A stretch of 64,000 nucleotides of DNA from Alphaproteobacteria bacterium. GTDB taxonomy: Bacteria > Pseudomonadota > Alphaproteobacteria > CALKHQ01. The notes below the pieces were generated by a model. That model made no database searches. It was not told the origin of the DNA and was given only the letters and a program-made list of their open reading frames with translations. Shown here piece by piece: positions 32,011 through 41,827 of this stretch. Location: positions 704,001 to 768,000 of the forward strand of contig CBDDFZ010000001.1 of NCBI GenBank assembly GCA_965227515.1, written 5' to 3'. The first letter of the stretch is position 1; each line of letters opens with the position of its first letter. Made by a program: the position numbers and the translations under genes.

Positions 32011-33237
32011 CTACTTCTTCTTTTCTCGTCCCCCGAAAAGACTCAGTTTGTGCTTGCGCCGGCCTTCCTCCAGGCCGGCCGCAACACCTGTGATCTGGCG
32101 CAGTCCTGCGCCGGTACGCGAACTCTTGGCGGTCAGGGCCAGGGGCTTTGCCCCATTGGCGATGGCCGCCGCTTTCGGATCTTCCGGAATGACCAGGTCG
32201 ACCGACCCTTCCAGGTTGCGCTCGAAGTCGGCCTGGCTCAGCTCGTTGCGCTTGTTGACGCCCAGGCGGTTGACCACGATCTGGATATGGATGTCGGGCG
32301 AGATCTTGCGGACCGCGTTGCGGATGCGCACCGTGTCGCGCAGGCCCGGCAACGTGAAATCGGTCACGATGACGACCGCGCTGGCGACGCTGAGCGCCGT
32401 GGTGTCTTCCACCATCAGGTAGCGCGGCAGGTCGACCACCACCATTTCGAAGGCCTGCTGCAGCTCGTTCAGCAGGTAGGTGATGCCCTCGCCGCGTATC
32501 GGCACGGTGTCGTCGACCGGCTCCTCGGAACTCAGCACATAGAGGTTGTCGCCGTCGTGCACCAGGGCGGAGGCGACGAACAGGCTGTCGATGCGATCGG
32601 GGTTGGACAGCACGTCGCGCAGCCCGTGGCCGGGCTCAAGCTCCAGCATCAGGGCGGCGGTGCCGAAATGCATGTCCAGGTCGACCAGCGCGGTGCGCTG
32701 CTTGTGCTCGTTGGCCAGCAGCCACGCCTGGTTGACGGCGATGGTGCTGGCGCCGACGCCGCCGCGGGTGCCGATGACGGCCATCACCCGGCCGCGCGGC
32801 CCGACGTCCTGCTGTACGGCAGGCGCATCGTTGCTGGCGGTCAGGAGCGCGCGCCTGAGGTCGGTGCTGGTCAGCGGCTTGATCAGGTACTCGCTGACGC
32901 CCGCGCTGACCAGGGCGCGATAGAGCGACACGTCGTTCTGGTTGCCGATGGCGATGACGGTGGTGTCGTTCGGCAGGATCTCGCGCACCTTGGCCAGGTC
33001 GGCCATCGGCGCCGGGGATTCGGAAATGTCGACCAGCAGCAGGTCGGGCGCCTGTTCGGCGTTCAGCGACCGGCACGCTGCCTCGACGCCGCCCTCGCAC
33101 ACCTCGACCCCGCGCCGGCCGCCCGGCACGACGCGGCTGACAACGTCCATGGTCGGATCGTCGCAAACGAACGCCAGCACCGGCGTGCGGCTGGCCGGAC
33201 GTTTGGAGTGTCCCATCGTGACTTCCGCCAGGCTCAT
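32011..33237 (-). CDS. cpaE: CpaE/TadZ (receiver-like domain plus MinD-like ATPase)
   Basis: NDVSLYRAL..GVSEY; GTRGGVGAST; LVDLD..FG. Confidence 0.9.
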   Translation of the reverse strand: MSLAEVTMGHSKRPASRTPVLAFVCDDPTMDVVSRVVPGGRRGVEVCEGGVEAACRSLNAEQAPDLLLVDISESPAPMADLAKVREILPNDTTVIAIGNQNDVSLYRALVSAGVSEYLIKPLTSTDLRRALLTASNDAPAVQQDVGPRGRVMAVIGTRGGVGASTIAVNQAWLLANEHKQRTALVDLDMHFGTAALMLELEPGHGLRDVLSNPDRIDSLFVASALVHDGDNLYVLSSEEPVDDTVPIRGEGITYLLNELQQAFEMVVVDLPRYLMVEDTTALSVASAVVIVTDFTLPGLRDTVRIRNAVRKISPDIHIQIVVNRLGVNKRNELSQADFERNLEGSVDLVIPEDPKAAAIANGAKPLALTAKSSRTGAGLRQITGVAAGLEEGRRKHKLSLFGGREKKK

Positions 33238-33908
33238 ATGCTGTTGTCCTCAGGTGCAACCAGAGGGGTAATCTCGCCGGTCCGGTATCGCACGATGCCG
33301 CCGATGGCGCTGTCGGTATCCACGCCCCAGGTCGCCGCGGGGCCGTCGATCAGCTCCTCGGGATTGGCCACCATCCGGCTGAGGTTCAGCGCATTGGCGC
33401 AGCCGAACGGCATCGACTGCCGGCCCTCGTAGCCGGGCAGCGTGTCGCCCAGGCAGGCGGTGGGCACATAGATCACGCGCTTGACCGTCACCACCACATT
33501 GTCCTGGCCGCTCAGGGAATCGACCATCGGCGTGATGCGGTGGCCGCGCAGCGCGAACGCCTCCACGACCGCGGCCGCGCGTTCCGGCCCCAGCGGGCCG
33601 CCGACGGTGGCGTACAGTTCGTCGTTCGCGGCGATGCCGTACTCGTCGATGAACATATTCAGGCGCACCATCTCGTCGAGCGACGGCTCCACCGCGCCCG
33701 GCGCGTACGCCACCATGTAGTCGATCTCGCTCTGGTACCACTCGAAGGCGTTGCTCGACGGCATGGCAGCGTCCAGCCGCGGGTCATAGGGCCCGCCCAC
33801 CGGATGCTTGAACTCGGAACACCCCGCGGCGGCAAGCCCGCCGGCGGCGACAACGACCAGTGATTTCAAGATGCGCACGTTCATCTGTCCTGCTCGGTAT
33901 CGGTTCAA
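33234..33908 (-). CDS. cpaD: CpaD-like pilus assembly lipoprotein
   Basis: AAGC lipobox; FGCANALNLSRMVANPEEL signature. Confidence 0.8.
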   Translation of the reverse strand: MNRYRAGQMNVRILKSLVVVAAGGLAAAGCSEFKHPVGGPYDPRLDAAMPSSNAFEWYQSEIDYMVAYAPGAVEPSLDEMVRLNMFIDEYGIAANDELYATVGGPLGPERAAAVVEAFALRGHRITPMVDSLSGQDNVVVTVKRVIYVPTACLGDTLPGYEGRQSMPFGCANALNLSRMVANPEELIDGPAATWGVDTDSAIGGIVRYRTGEITPLVAPEDNSI

Positions 33909-35326
33909 TTCAGGATGAAGCCCGCGCCGCCAACCAGCCCTTGCGGCTGGCCGGTGGCGGCACCGCGCCCGGCGGTGCCGATCGGCACGCTGGCGGCCGG
34001 CGGGTTGTCCAGCGCCGAGACGCCGCGGAACTCATCGGACGGGCTGACGATCGGCGCCTGGGTCGGCGGCTGCACCAGATAGGGGGTGATCACGATGACC
34101 AGCTCGGTCTCGTTGCGCTGGAACTCCTCGGACCGGAACAGCGCGCCCAGGATCGGGATGTCGCTGACGAACGGCAGGCCGCTCACCGTCTCGCTGCCGC
34201 TGTTCTGATACAGGCCGGCGATGGCGAAGCTCTGGCCGCTGCCCAGTTCCACCGTGGTCTCCGCGCGGCGGGTGATCAGCGACGGCACGTTGAAGCCGTT
34301 GAGCTGGACGCCGCCGTCAGGCGACAGGTCGCTCACCTCCGGGCGCACCCGCATGCTGATCAGATTGTCGGACAACAGGGTCGGCGTGAAGGCCAGCGAG
34401 ACGCCGAACTCACGGTACTGGATCGTGATGTCGCCGTTGTTGCCGGCCACCGGGATCGGGAACTCGCCGCCGGCCAGGAAGCTGGCGGTCTCGCCGGACA
34501 CCGCGGTCAGGTTCGGCTCGGCCAGGATGGTGACCATGCCCTCGTTTTCCAGCGCATCGATCATCGTGTTGATGTTGCGCCCGGTGCCCTGGTTGCCGAA
34601 GTACAGGCCGTAGCGGTCGCCGTTGCGGATCAGCTGGTTGGACTGGGTCTGGTTGTCGAACTGGATGAAGTCGAAGCCCTGGGCGATGCCGAACAGGAAC
34701 GTGCCCGGGTTGGTCAGGGTCTCCCAGTTGATGCCGAGCTGCTCGACGACATTGCGCTGCACCTCGGCGATCCGGACCCTGAGGTTGATCTGGTTGGGGC
34801 CGTGGACGCGCGCGCGGTTGATCACCTGGCCGTCCGGGCCGACGAACTCGCCGGCGATCAGGCTCAGATCGGCGGCCTCCACCGCGGAGTTCACCGCGCC
34901 GGTGATGACCAGGCTGTCCTCGACCGCGCTGACGACGACGGTGCTGTCGGGCGCGATGGCGTCGACGGCGGTTGCCAGCCGGCTGATGTTCGGGACCACC
35001 TGGATCGACAGGTTGGCGATGACCTGGTCGCCCTGGCCGACGGCATAGAGGTTGGTGTCGCCGGGGCCGACGCCATAGACATAGATCAGGGTCGGCGACA
35101 TCACCTCGACGTCGGCGATGTCCGGATTGGCGATGAACACGGTCGCGGCCGGCCGGTCCAGCTTGAAGAGCTGGCCCTTGTTGATCTCGAGGGCGACGGG
35201 GGTGACCTGCGCCTGCACGGCTTGCACCGACTGCGCCATAGCCGGCGCCACCGCCGCCATCAAGGCAGCGCAGATGACGGCCATAACGCCTATCACGCGG
35301 TCTGCACGCAGCATGGTCACTGCCAT
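33905..35326 (-). CDS. cpaC: Secretin CpaC/RcpA
   Basis: IANPDIADV, LAEPNLTAVSGETASFLAGGEFP and ETELVIVITP. Confidence 0.93.
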   Translation of the reverse strand: MAVTMLRADRVIGVMAVICAALMAAVAPAMAQSVQAVQAQVTPVALEINKGQLFKLDRPAATVFIANPDIADVEVMSPTLIYVYGVGPGDTNLYAVGQGDQVIANLSIQVVPNISRLATAVDAIAPDSTVVVSAVEDSLVITGAVNSAVEAADLSLIAGEFVGPDGQVINRARVHGPNQINLRVRIAEVQRNVVEQLGINWETLTNPGTFLFGIAQGFDFIQFDNQTQSNQLIRNGDRYGLYFGNQGTGRNINTMIDALENEGMVTILAEPNLTAVSGETASFLAGGEFPIPVAGNNGDITIQYREFGVSLAFTPTLLSDNLISMRVRPEVSDLSPDGGVQLNGFNVPSLITRRAETTVELGSGQSFAIAGLYQNSGSETVSGLPFVSDIPILGALFRSEEFQRNETELVIVITPYLVQPPTQAPIVSPSDEFRGVSALDNPPAASVPIGTAGRGAATGQPQGLVGGAGFILN

Positions 35327-35347
35327 CGAAAGTCCTCCGGGGGGCTA

Positions 35348-36298
35348 CTATTCGTCGCCGTCGCGGCCCGAGCCGCCACGGAAAATAATCACTGTCGGTT
35401 CTGCGTCCGGCGCCGGCTCGTCGGCCGAGACCTGGTTCTCGTCGGCCGGGCCAAGCAGGATCGACACATCGGAATCGAGGGTGAAGGTCTGGCCTTCGTA
35501 CGTGCGCTGCTCGGGGGCATCGGCGCCACCCAGGCCGGCCAGGGAACTGGCGATGCGGTCCATGAACGAGTCATCGTCGCCCTGCGCGCCCTCTGCGTTC
35601 GCCGAGGCGGGCACCTCGGCCAGGCTGCGCAGGCTGAGCGACAGCGAGCCGAGCTGCAGCATCACGCGCACCTTCTCGGCCTGCTCCGGCGTCACTTCCA
35701 GGGTGGCGGTATTGGCGAGCACGGGGCCGGCGGACTGCTCCACCATCTGGTCGATGGCGAGCACGCGCACATCGGTCAGCACGGTCTCGCTGGCACGGCG
35801 CACCTGCACGCCCTCCGCCGTATCCTGGCGCACGGCATGGGTCAGGATCACGTCGACGCGGTCGCCCGGGAACACCAGGCCGGCGATGCCGGACGTCTCG
35901 TCGACCGGGACGGAGATCGCGCGCATGCCGGGGGTCAGCACGGCGGCGAGGAAGCCACGGTCGCCGGGCTTAACCACGCGGTTCAGGGTGATCGGCTCGC
36001 CTTCGGCAACGCCGGTGCGCACCACCGAGCCGATGAAATCGTCGATGACCATTTCGCCCTGCTCGATATAGGCGTCGGCCACGTTGTCCAGCGGCCACGG
36101 CTGCCAGCGCAGGTCTTCCGGTTTCACGAACCGGCCCGCCGACATCGGCTCCACGGCCACCAGGACCTCGGTCGCCTCGACCTCGACACGTTGGACTTCG
36201 CTGGCGGCAGCGCGCTCGTTGGCAAGCCACTCGCGCGCGAAATAGATCGTGGCACCACCCACGATCACAGCCAACAGTCCCAAAATTGCGACCCGCAT
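35348..36298 (-). CDS. cpaB: Flp pilus assembly protein CpaB/RcpC
   Basis: SAF domain; PGMRAIS, PGDRVDV and VRVLAIDQ motifs. Confidence 0.92.
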   Translation of the reverse strand: MRVAILGLLAVIVGGATIYFAREWLANERAAASEVQRVEVEATEVLVAVEPMSAGRFVKPEDLRWQPWPLDNVADAYIEQGEMVIDDFIGSVVRTGVAEGEPITLNRVVKPGDRGFLAAVLTPGMRAISVPVDETSGIAGLVFPGDRVDVILTHAVRQDTAEGVQVRRASETVLTDVRVLAIDQMVEQSAGPVLANTATLEVTPEQAEKVRVMLQLGSLSLSLRSLAEVPASANAEGAQGDDDSFMDRIASSLAGLGGADAPEQRTYEGQTFTLDSDVSILLGPADENQVSADEPAPDAEPTVIIFRGGSGRDGDE

Positions 36299-36350
36299 GA
36301 AGTCTAACTCCTCGACTGGGCGCCTATTCCTGCGCGCCCGGCCTCTCGCT

Positions 36351-37079
36351 CTACGATGCAGCCACCGTGGTTAACAATTTGTAAGCCACGGCCAGTGCGC
36401 CGCATCCGATTGCAACGCCATACGGGACCGGATGCTTCAACGGCCCCGCCTTCCTGGCGCCCCCCATTTCGGCGCCACCAGTCTCGGCACTCGCCGTATC
36501 CGTCTCGGACGGCGGCGCGCCATTCGGCCGCCTGTCCATCGACGAATGCGCGTCCGATGAACGTGCGGCAGACGTATTCGTCCGGCCGGCCGAGGTCGAT
36601 GTTTCGATGACAGGCGCTGGCGATGCGGATACTGACCGCACACGGTCCCAGCACCTTTGGCCCCACAAGACAAACATGGTTAATATAGGCTGACCGGCCA
36701 TAGAAGGTGCGATTTTTATTGCCAGCAGGATCACAATTCCCAGAGCACCGCCGACGACGGCGGTGACCAGCGCAAAAAGCACCGCATGATCCGGGCCCGC
36801 CCACAGGGCAATGGCCGCGATCAGCTTGGCGTCGCCGGCCCCGAACAGGCGGGCGGCGAAGCAGGCAAACCCGATAACCAGCGCGATGGCGCCGACGGCA
36901 AGTCCCCACCGCGGATCGACAGCCGGCCAGGCCGCGATCACCAATGCCGGATAGAGCAGCGCGATCGCCGCGCAGATGCGGTTCGGAATCTTGTAGGCCG
37001 CGACGTCGCAGGCGACAGCCCACAGAACGAGCGCGACGAACAGGCAGATGACGACCGTTTCTATCGACAATGGCGGCAT
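36351..37079 (-). CDS. cpaA: Prepilin peptidase CpaA/TadV (A24)
   Basis: CD...KIPN, GAGDAKL and VPYGVAI motifs. Confidence 0.88.
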   Translation of the reverse strand: MPPLSIETVVICLFVALVLWAVACDVAAYKIPNRICAAIALLYPALVIAAWPAVDPRWGLAVGAIALVIGFACFAARLFGAGDAKLIAAIALWAGPDHAVLFALVTAVVGGALGIVILLAIKIAPSMAGQPILTMFVLWGQRCWDRVRSVSASPAPVIETSTSAGRTNTSAARSSDAHSSMDRRPNGAPPSETDTASAETGGAEMGGARKAGPLKHPVPYGVAIGCGALAVAYKLLTTVAAS

Positions 37080-37298
37080 GGCAATGGCGAAATCCCGTCC
37101 CGGTCGCCGTGGGGGACATCCGGGACATGCGTGGTTCCTGGGCTCAACAGGTCGAGCCCGAGTACACCACAAGAGTGTTAACCACAAAAGAATGTGGCCG
37201 CCTTGAGGCAAGGACCGGTCCGGTCCGACTTTGCCGCACGGCGCAACGCATGCTCCCCCGCCTGCGATCTGCCTCCCTCGGTCAGGTTCAACTAACGC

Positions 37299-37475
37299 CT
37301 AGAGCATGATCATCTAAGTCGGCATCGGCCCTCTCCCATTTCCATGCGGTCGCGCATCCGCGCTCCCTTTTGGCACCCGGCCGCCCAACGACAGTATCCG
37401 GCTGGGTGGCCGGGTGGGGGAGAGGGCTGGCGCAGATTCAGCGTAAGCTGATCCCGATCTAATCTGCGCCAGCCC
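37299..37475. repeat. Palindromic repeat family A, copy 2 (arm insertion, inverted loop)
   Basis: AGAGCATGATC..AAGTCGGCA..CCCTCTCCC...GGGAGAGGGCTGGCGCAGATTCAGCGTAAGCTGATCCCG. Confidence 0.9.
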
Positions 37476-37675
37476 GTTGCGTGGCCCGCAAACGACCGAA
37501 CCGGCTGCCCGTACCGCCCGTGCTAGCGGAAGGTCGGACAGCCGGCTGGCCATGCATTCGGGCGGCGCAGGATGAAACTGGGGAAGGGCGCGCCGCCCGA
37601 TGTTGTCTTGCGTTATCCGGACATCCGCGCCGGGGGAGGTTGGTCGACCCGGCGCGAAGTGTCTCAGGCCTTGGC

Positions 37676-37882
37676 TTAGGCGCCGGAGCCCGTGCCGGTG
37701 CCGGAACCGGAAACAGCGCTGTCCAGCTCGGTCGAGACGGTGGAGAACATGGTCTCCAGGCTGTCGCCCATGGTGGCCAGGGCGCCGATGGCGGCGACGG
37801 AGACCAGGGCGGCGATCAGGCCGTACTCGATGGCGGTGGCGCCGTCTTCGTTGGCAGCGAACTTCTTGAACAACTGGATCAT
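37676..37882 (-). CDS. pilA: Flp/Fap type IVc pilin
   Basis: EDGATAIEYGLIAALV Flp motif; AAGGAG RBS. Confidence 0.95.
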   Translation of the reverse strand: MIQLFKKFAANEDGATAIEYGLIAALVSVAAIGALATMGDSLETMFSTVSTELDSAVSGSGTGTGSGA

Positions 37883-37946
37883 CTGGGTAACTCCTTAGCA
37901 CAGGTGGATCGGTGCGTTCCGATGACCTGAGAATGCGCCAGAAGTT

Positions 37947-37961
37947 CTAAAAGTGTCTTAA
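37947..37961 (-). promoter_or_regulatory. CtrA-like box upstream of the pilin gene
   Basis: TTAA-GACACTT-TTAG (7 of 8 match to TTAA-N7-TTAA) in an AT-rich region. Confidence 0.6.
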
Positions 37962-38097
37962 CGCGAAAGTACAAAATGATACAAATCGAACAATCGAAAA
38001 GTATTCGATCAGTCTAATCAAAATAGAGAAGCATTTTATCTTTCGGCACTTGCCTCAAATTTTAGGCAAATTTCTGGTGCCGGGGCGTAGGGCGGTT

Positions 38098-39273
38098 TCA
38101 CCCGTTGCTGAACAGGACACGCGCCACATCGGTGAAGGTCTCCGCGCCGGTCTCGCCGACGGCGAAGCTCTCGGAGATCGTCAGCCCATAGCGCTCCATC
38201 CAGATCGCCGGTATGCAGTGGAATGTCATGCCGGGCTCCAGCACCGTCTCGTCGCCGGCGCGCAGCGAGCAGGTCAGCTCGCCCCAGGTCGGCGGGTAGC
38301 CGATGCCGACCGGATAGCCGATGCGGCTGTCCTTCTCGATGCCATGGCGGGCGATGACGGCGCGCCACGCCTCGGCCAGGTCGGCACAGACGCGGCCGGG
38401 CCGCACCGCCTCCAGCACCGCGTTCAGGCCCTCGGCAATCACCTTGGCCACGTCGGTCATCGCAGGCTCCGGCGGGCCGACCGTGACGCAGCGCGACAGC
38501 GGCACGTGATAGCGTTGCCGGCAGCCGCCGAGCTCGATGTAGTAGAGGTCGCCCTCGACCAGCGGATCGTCGGTCCACGACAGGTGCGGCGCCGCGCACA
38601 TATCGCCGACCATCGCGTTCGGCGGCTTGCAGGTGAAGGTGCCGCCGACGTCCGCGATGCCGCCGGTGGTGATCCGGTAGGTCTCGGCCATCACGTCGCA
38701 CTGGCGCACGCCCACCTGGGCGGCGGCGACGCTGGCGTCCATGGCGGCGGTGGCGATCCGGCCCGCCTCGCGCATGTAGGCGAGCTCCTGGGCGGACTTC
38801 ACCATCCGGCAGCGGTTGACCAGCAGGAAGGCATCGACCAGGTCGGCATTGGGCAGGCCCGCGGTCAGGATCGCGTGCCAGCGCGCGGTGTAATAATAGT
38901 CGTCCATCTCCACGCCGATGCGGCCGGTATCCCAGCCCCGTTCGGCCAGGATCTCGACCAGCCGGTCCATCGGGTGGCGCTCGGCGGAGGCGACGTAGTT
39001 GTCCGGATAGGGGACGATCTTGTCGTCGTCCATATAGACCGTGCGCTCCGCCCCGGCGGCATCCATGGCCCGGCCGAACCAGATCGGGTCGCCCTCGCCC
39101 GGCACGATCACCATCTGCGGCGTGTAGAACGACCAGCCGTCGTAACCGGTCAGCCAGAACTGGTTGGCCGGGCTGGCGACCAGCAGCAGGTCCAGCCCGC
39201 GCTTGGCCATGGCGGTGCGCACGCGGGCCAGCCGGCCTTCGAATTCGGCGCGGGTGAAGAGTGCGTTGGTCAC
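38098..39273 (-). CDS. M24-family hydrolase, DoeA/EutD (ectoine hydrolase)-like
   Basis: WLTGYDGWSFY, HPMD, EMDDYY, APHLSW, GIGYPPTWGE and LEPGMTFH match recalled DoeA motifs. Confidence 0.8.
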   Translation of the reverse strand: MTNALFTRAEFEGRLARVRTAMAKRGLDLLLVASPANQFWLTGYDGWSFYTPQMVIVPGEGDPIWFGRAMDAAGAERTVYMDDDKIVPYPDNYVASAERHPMDRLVEILAERGWDTGRIGVEMDDYYYTARWHAILTAGLPNADLVDAFLLVNRCRMVKSAQELAYMREAGRIATAAMDASVAAAQVGVRQCDVMAETYRITTGGIADVGGTFTCKPPNAMVGDMCAAPHLSWTDDPLVEGDLYYIELGGCRQRYHVPLSRCVTVGPPEPAMTDVAKVIAEGLNAVLEAVRPGRVCADLAEAWRAVIARHGIEKDSRIGYPVGIGYPPTWGELTCSLRAGDETVLEPGMTFHCIPAIWMERYGLTISESFAVGETGAETFTDVARVLFSNG

Positions 39274-40055
39274 CACGCACCCCTCGGATCGCGTAGCCAC
39301 GGATCGAACCTTGGCGGCATCAGGCCGGCCTGGAACCACTGCACGAACGTAAAGATCGAGAACACCGGCACGCCATAGCGGCGGCGGATGGCAGCGGCGT
39401 AGGGCATCATGTTGGTGCACTCCAGCACGATGGCGCCGATGTCCGCGTGGTTGTCCATCAGGTCGGCGGCGGCGTCGAGCAGGTCGAGCTCGGCGAGGTC
39501 GCGGTCGAAGTCGGCCTCGTCGTCCAGGATTACCCGGTTGAACTCGCGCCCGTTGTCGGTGCCGACGATGGGGGTGTCCAGCGGCACGTTGGCCGCCCGC
39601 AGGTGCGCCTCGGTCAGCGACGCCTTGTCGATGGTGATCACCCCCACCCGCTTGCCGGGCGGCAGCATCGCCTGGGCCATCGGCACCTGCATCAGCGAGG
39701 ATGAGGCTACCGGCACTTGCACCGCTTCGGTCAGGGTGTCCTGGAACAGCGACAGGAACCCGCAGGTGGTGGTCAGCCCGTCGGCGCCGGTCGCGACCAG
39801 CTCGCGCGCGGCCTCGATGAAGGCGTCTTCCAGCCCCGCCGCCTGGTGGCGCACCACATGGTCCGGCGAGGCCCCCTTCACCTGCTTGTAGAGCACCGGG
39901 AACGGCCAGGTGAAGGCGTTGCCCATGTCGCCCGGTATGCGCGGGAAGCGGGTCTCCAGCATCAGGATGCCGACGACGGCGCCATAGACGGTCTTGCCGC
40001 CCGGCTGCTTGCCAAGAGAGGTCGCGCTCGGCGCGTGCGTGCCCTGGATTGTCAT
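39270..40055 (-). CDS. Asp/Glu/hydantoin racemase family protein
   Basis: GILMLETRFPRIPGD; two cysteine motifs TTCGF and LECTN. Confidence 0.85.
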   Translation of the reverse strand: MTIQGTHAPSATSLGKQPGGKTVYGAVVGILMLETRFPRIPGDMGNAFTWPFPVLYKQVKGASPDHVVRHQAAGLEDAFIEAARELVATGADGLTTTCGFLSLFQDTLTEAVQVPVASSSLMQVPMAQAMLPPGKRVGVITIDKASLTEAHLRAANVPLDTPIVGTDNGREFNRVILDDEADFDRDLAELDLLDAAADLMDNHADIGAIVLECTNMMPYAAAIRRRYGVPVFSIFTFVQWFQAGLMPPRFDPWLRDPRGAW

Positions 40056-40123
40056 TGTACCTCCCCGATTGGCTTGCCCTGGCGGGAAATGTATACCGGA
40101 TCGTCAAGGGAAGGGGATGGCTG

Positions 40124-41827
40124 ATGCCACATGAGGGGTCCAACGCGCCGAACGGGGCCGAGGCGCTGGTCGAGATGCTGCGCCTGCATGGCGTCAGGCA
40201 CATCTTCGGCCTGTGCGGCGACACCTCGCTGCCGTTCTACGACGCGCTCGCCCGGCTCGATCACGGCATCACGCACATCCTCACCCGCGACGAGCGCCAC
40301 GCCGCCTACATGGCCGATGCCTATGCCCGGGTGACCGGCCGGGTCGGCGTTTGCGAGGGGCCGAGCGGCGGCGGCGCCACCTACATCCTGCCCGGCGTGG
40401 TGGAGGCGAACGAAAGCTCCGTCCCGGTGCTGGCGATCACCACCGATGTGTCCACCGCCTCGCGCGGCCGCTTCCCGCTGACCGAGCTGGCGCAGGACCA
40501 GCTCTTCCGCCCGCTGACCAAGTGGAACGGCATGCTGGACCGTGCCGACCGGCTGCCGGCGCAGGTGCGCGCGGCGTTTCGCGCCATGACCACGGGGCGG
40601 CCGGGTGCCGCCCATCTCGGCCTGCCGTTCGACACCCAGGTGGCGCAGGTGCCGCCGGAGGAGCTGTGGGCACAGCCGGAGCTGGGCCGCTATCCGGCGT
40701 GGCCGGCAGCCCCCGATCCCGACGCCGTCGATGCGTTCATCGAGCGCCTGCTGGCGGCGAAGCGGCCGGTGATCGTCTGCGGCGGCGGCGCGGTGATCGC
40801 CGGCGCGGAGGCCGCCCTTGCCCGGCTCGCCGAGCGGCTGAACCTGGTCGTCGCCACTACCATCAGCGGCCAAGGCGCGCTGGCCGCCGGCGATGCCAAT
40901 TGCCTGGGCGTCGTCGGCAGCAATGGCGGCACCCCGGCCACCCGCAAGGTAGTGGACGGTGCGGACCTGGTGGTCTTCATCGGCTGCCGGGCCGGATCGG
41001 TGACCACCGAGCGCTGGCGCAGCCCCGGCCCCGGCGTGGCGGTCATGCACATCGACGCCGACCCGATGGCGATCTCGGCCAACTATCGCACCGACGTGGC
41101 GCTGGTCGCCGATGCCCGCCTCGCCCTGGAGGCGATCAACGACACGCTCGATATTGCCGATGCCACGGCGCCTGATTTCGGCGGCGCGGCACTCGTTGCG
41201 GAAGCGAAACGAGAGAAGTTCGCCGCGTTCGAGAAACTGGCCAACAGCGACGACACGCCGATCAAGCCGGAGCGCACGGTGGCCGCGCTTGCCGCCACCT
41301 TGCCCGACGACGCCATCGTCACCGCCGATCCCGGCACGCCATGCCCGTATCTGTCCGCCTATTTCGAGGCGAAGCTGCCGGGCCGGCGCTTCATTACCAA
41401 CCGGGCGCACGGGGCGCTTGGCTACGCGCTGCCGGCCGCCATCGGCGCCAAGGTGGGCCAACCCGATGCGCCGGTGGTCGCGGTGATGGGCGACGGCAGC
41501 TTCGGCTTCGCGGTCGGCGAGTTCGAGACCGTGGTCCGCCTCGGCCTGCCGATCAAGGTGGTGGTGTTCTCCAACGCCGTGTTCGGCTGGATCAAGGCGG
41601 GGCAGAAGGTGGGCTACGACGAGCGCTATTTCTCGGTCGACTTCGGGCGCACCGACCACGCGGCGGTTGCCGCCGCCTATGGGCTGAAGACCTGGCGGGT
41701 GGAGGCGCCCGGCGACCTGTCGGCGACTCTGTCGGCGGCGCTGGCCCACGACGGCCCGGCGCTGGTCGACGTGATCAGCCAGCCCCTGCACGAGGCCCGC
41801 GCCCCGGTCAGCGAGTGGGTGGCGTGA
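40124..41827 (+). CDS. ThDP-dependent enzyme (acetolactate synthase-like)
   Basis: TRDERHAAYMADAYAR catalytic Glu region; MGDGS..N ThDP motif. Confidence 0.88.
   Translation: MPHEGSNAPNGAEALVEMLRLHGVRHIFGLCGDTSLPFYDALARLDHGITHILTRDERHAAYMADAYARVTGRVGVCEGPSGGGATYILPGVVEANESSVPVLAITTDVSTASRGRFPLTELAQDQLFRPLTKWNGMLDRADRLPAQVRAAFRAMTTGRPGAAHLGLPFDTQVAQVPPEELWAQPELGRYPAWPAAPDPDAVDAFIERLLAAKRPVIVCGGGAVIAGAEAALARLAERLNLVVATTISGQGALAAGDANCLGVVGSNGGTPATRKVVDGADLVVFIGCRAGSVTTERWRSPGPGVAVMHIDADPMAISANYRTDVALVADARLALEAINDTLDIADATAPDFGGAALVAEAKREKFAAFEKLANSDDTPIKPERTVAALAATLPDDAIVTADPGTPCPYLSAYFEAKLPGRRFITNRAHGALGYALPAAIGAKVGQPDAPVVAVMGDGSFGFAVGEFETVVRLGLPIKVVVFSNAVFGWIKAGQKVGYDERYFSVDFGRTDHAAVAAAYGLKTWRVEAPGDLSATLSAALAHDGPALVDVISQPLHEARAPVSEWVA

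Noticed and set aside
37900-38090. AT-rich tract as foreign DNA or a replication origin
   Set aside because: Short and directly upstream of the pilin gene, so best explained as its promoter; no DnaA box array seen
38098-39273. Calling the cluster a canonical ectoine degradation (doe/eut) operon
   Set aside because: No doeB, doeC, doeD, eutB or eutC and no EnuR/DoeX-type regulator in the window
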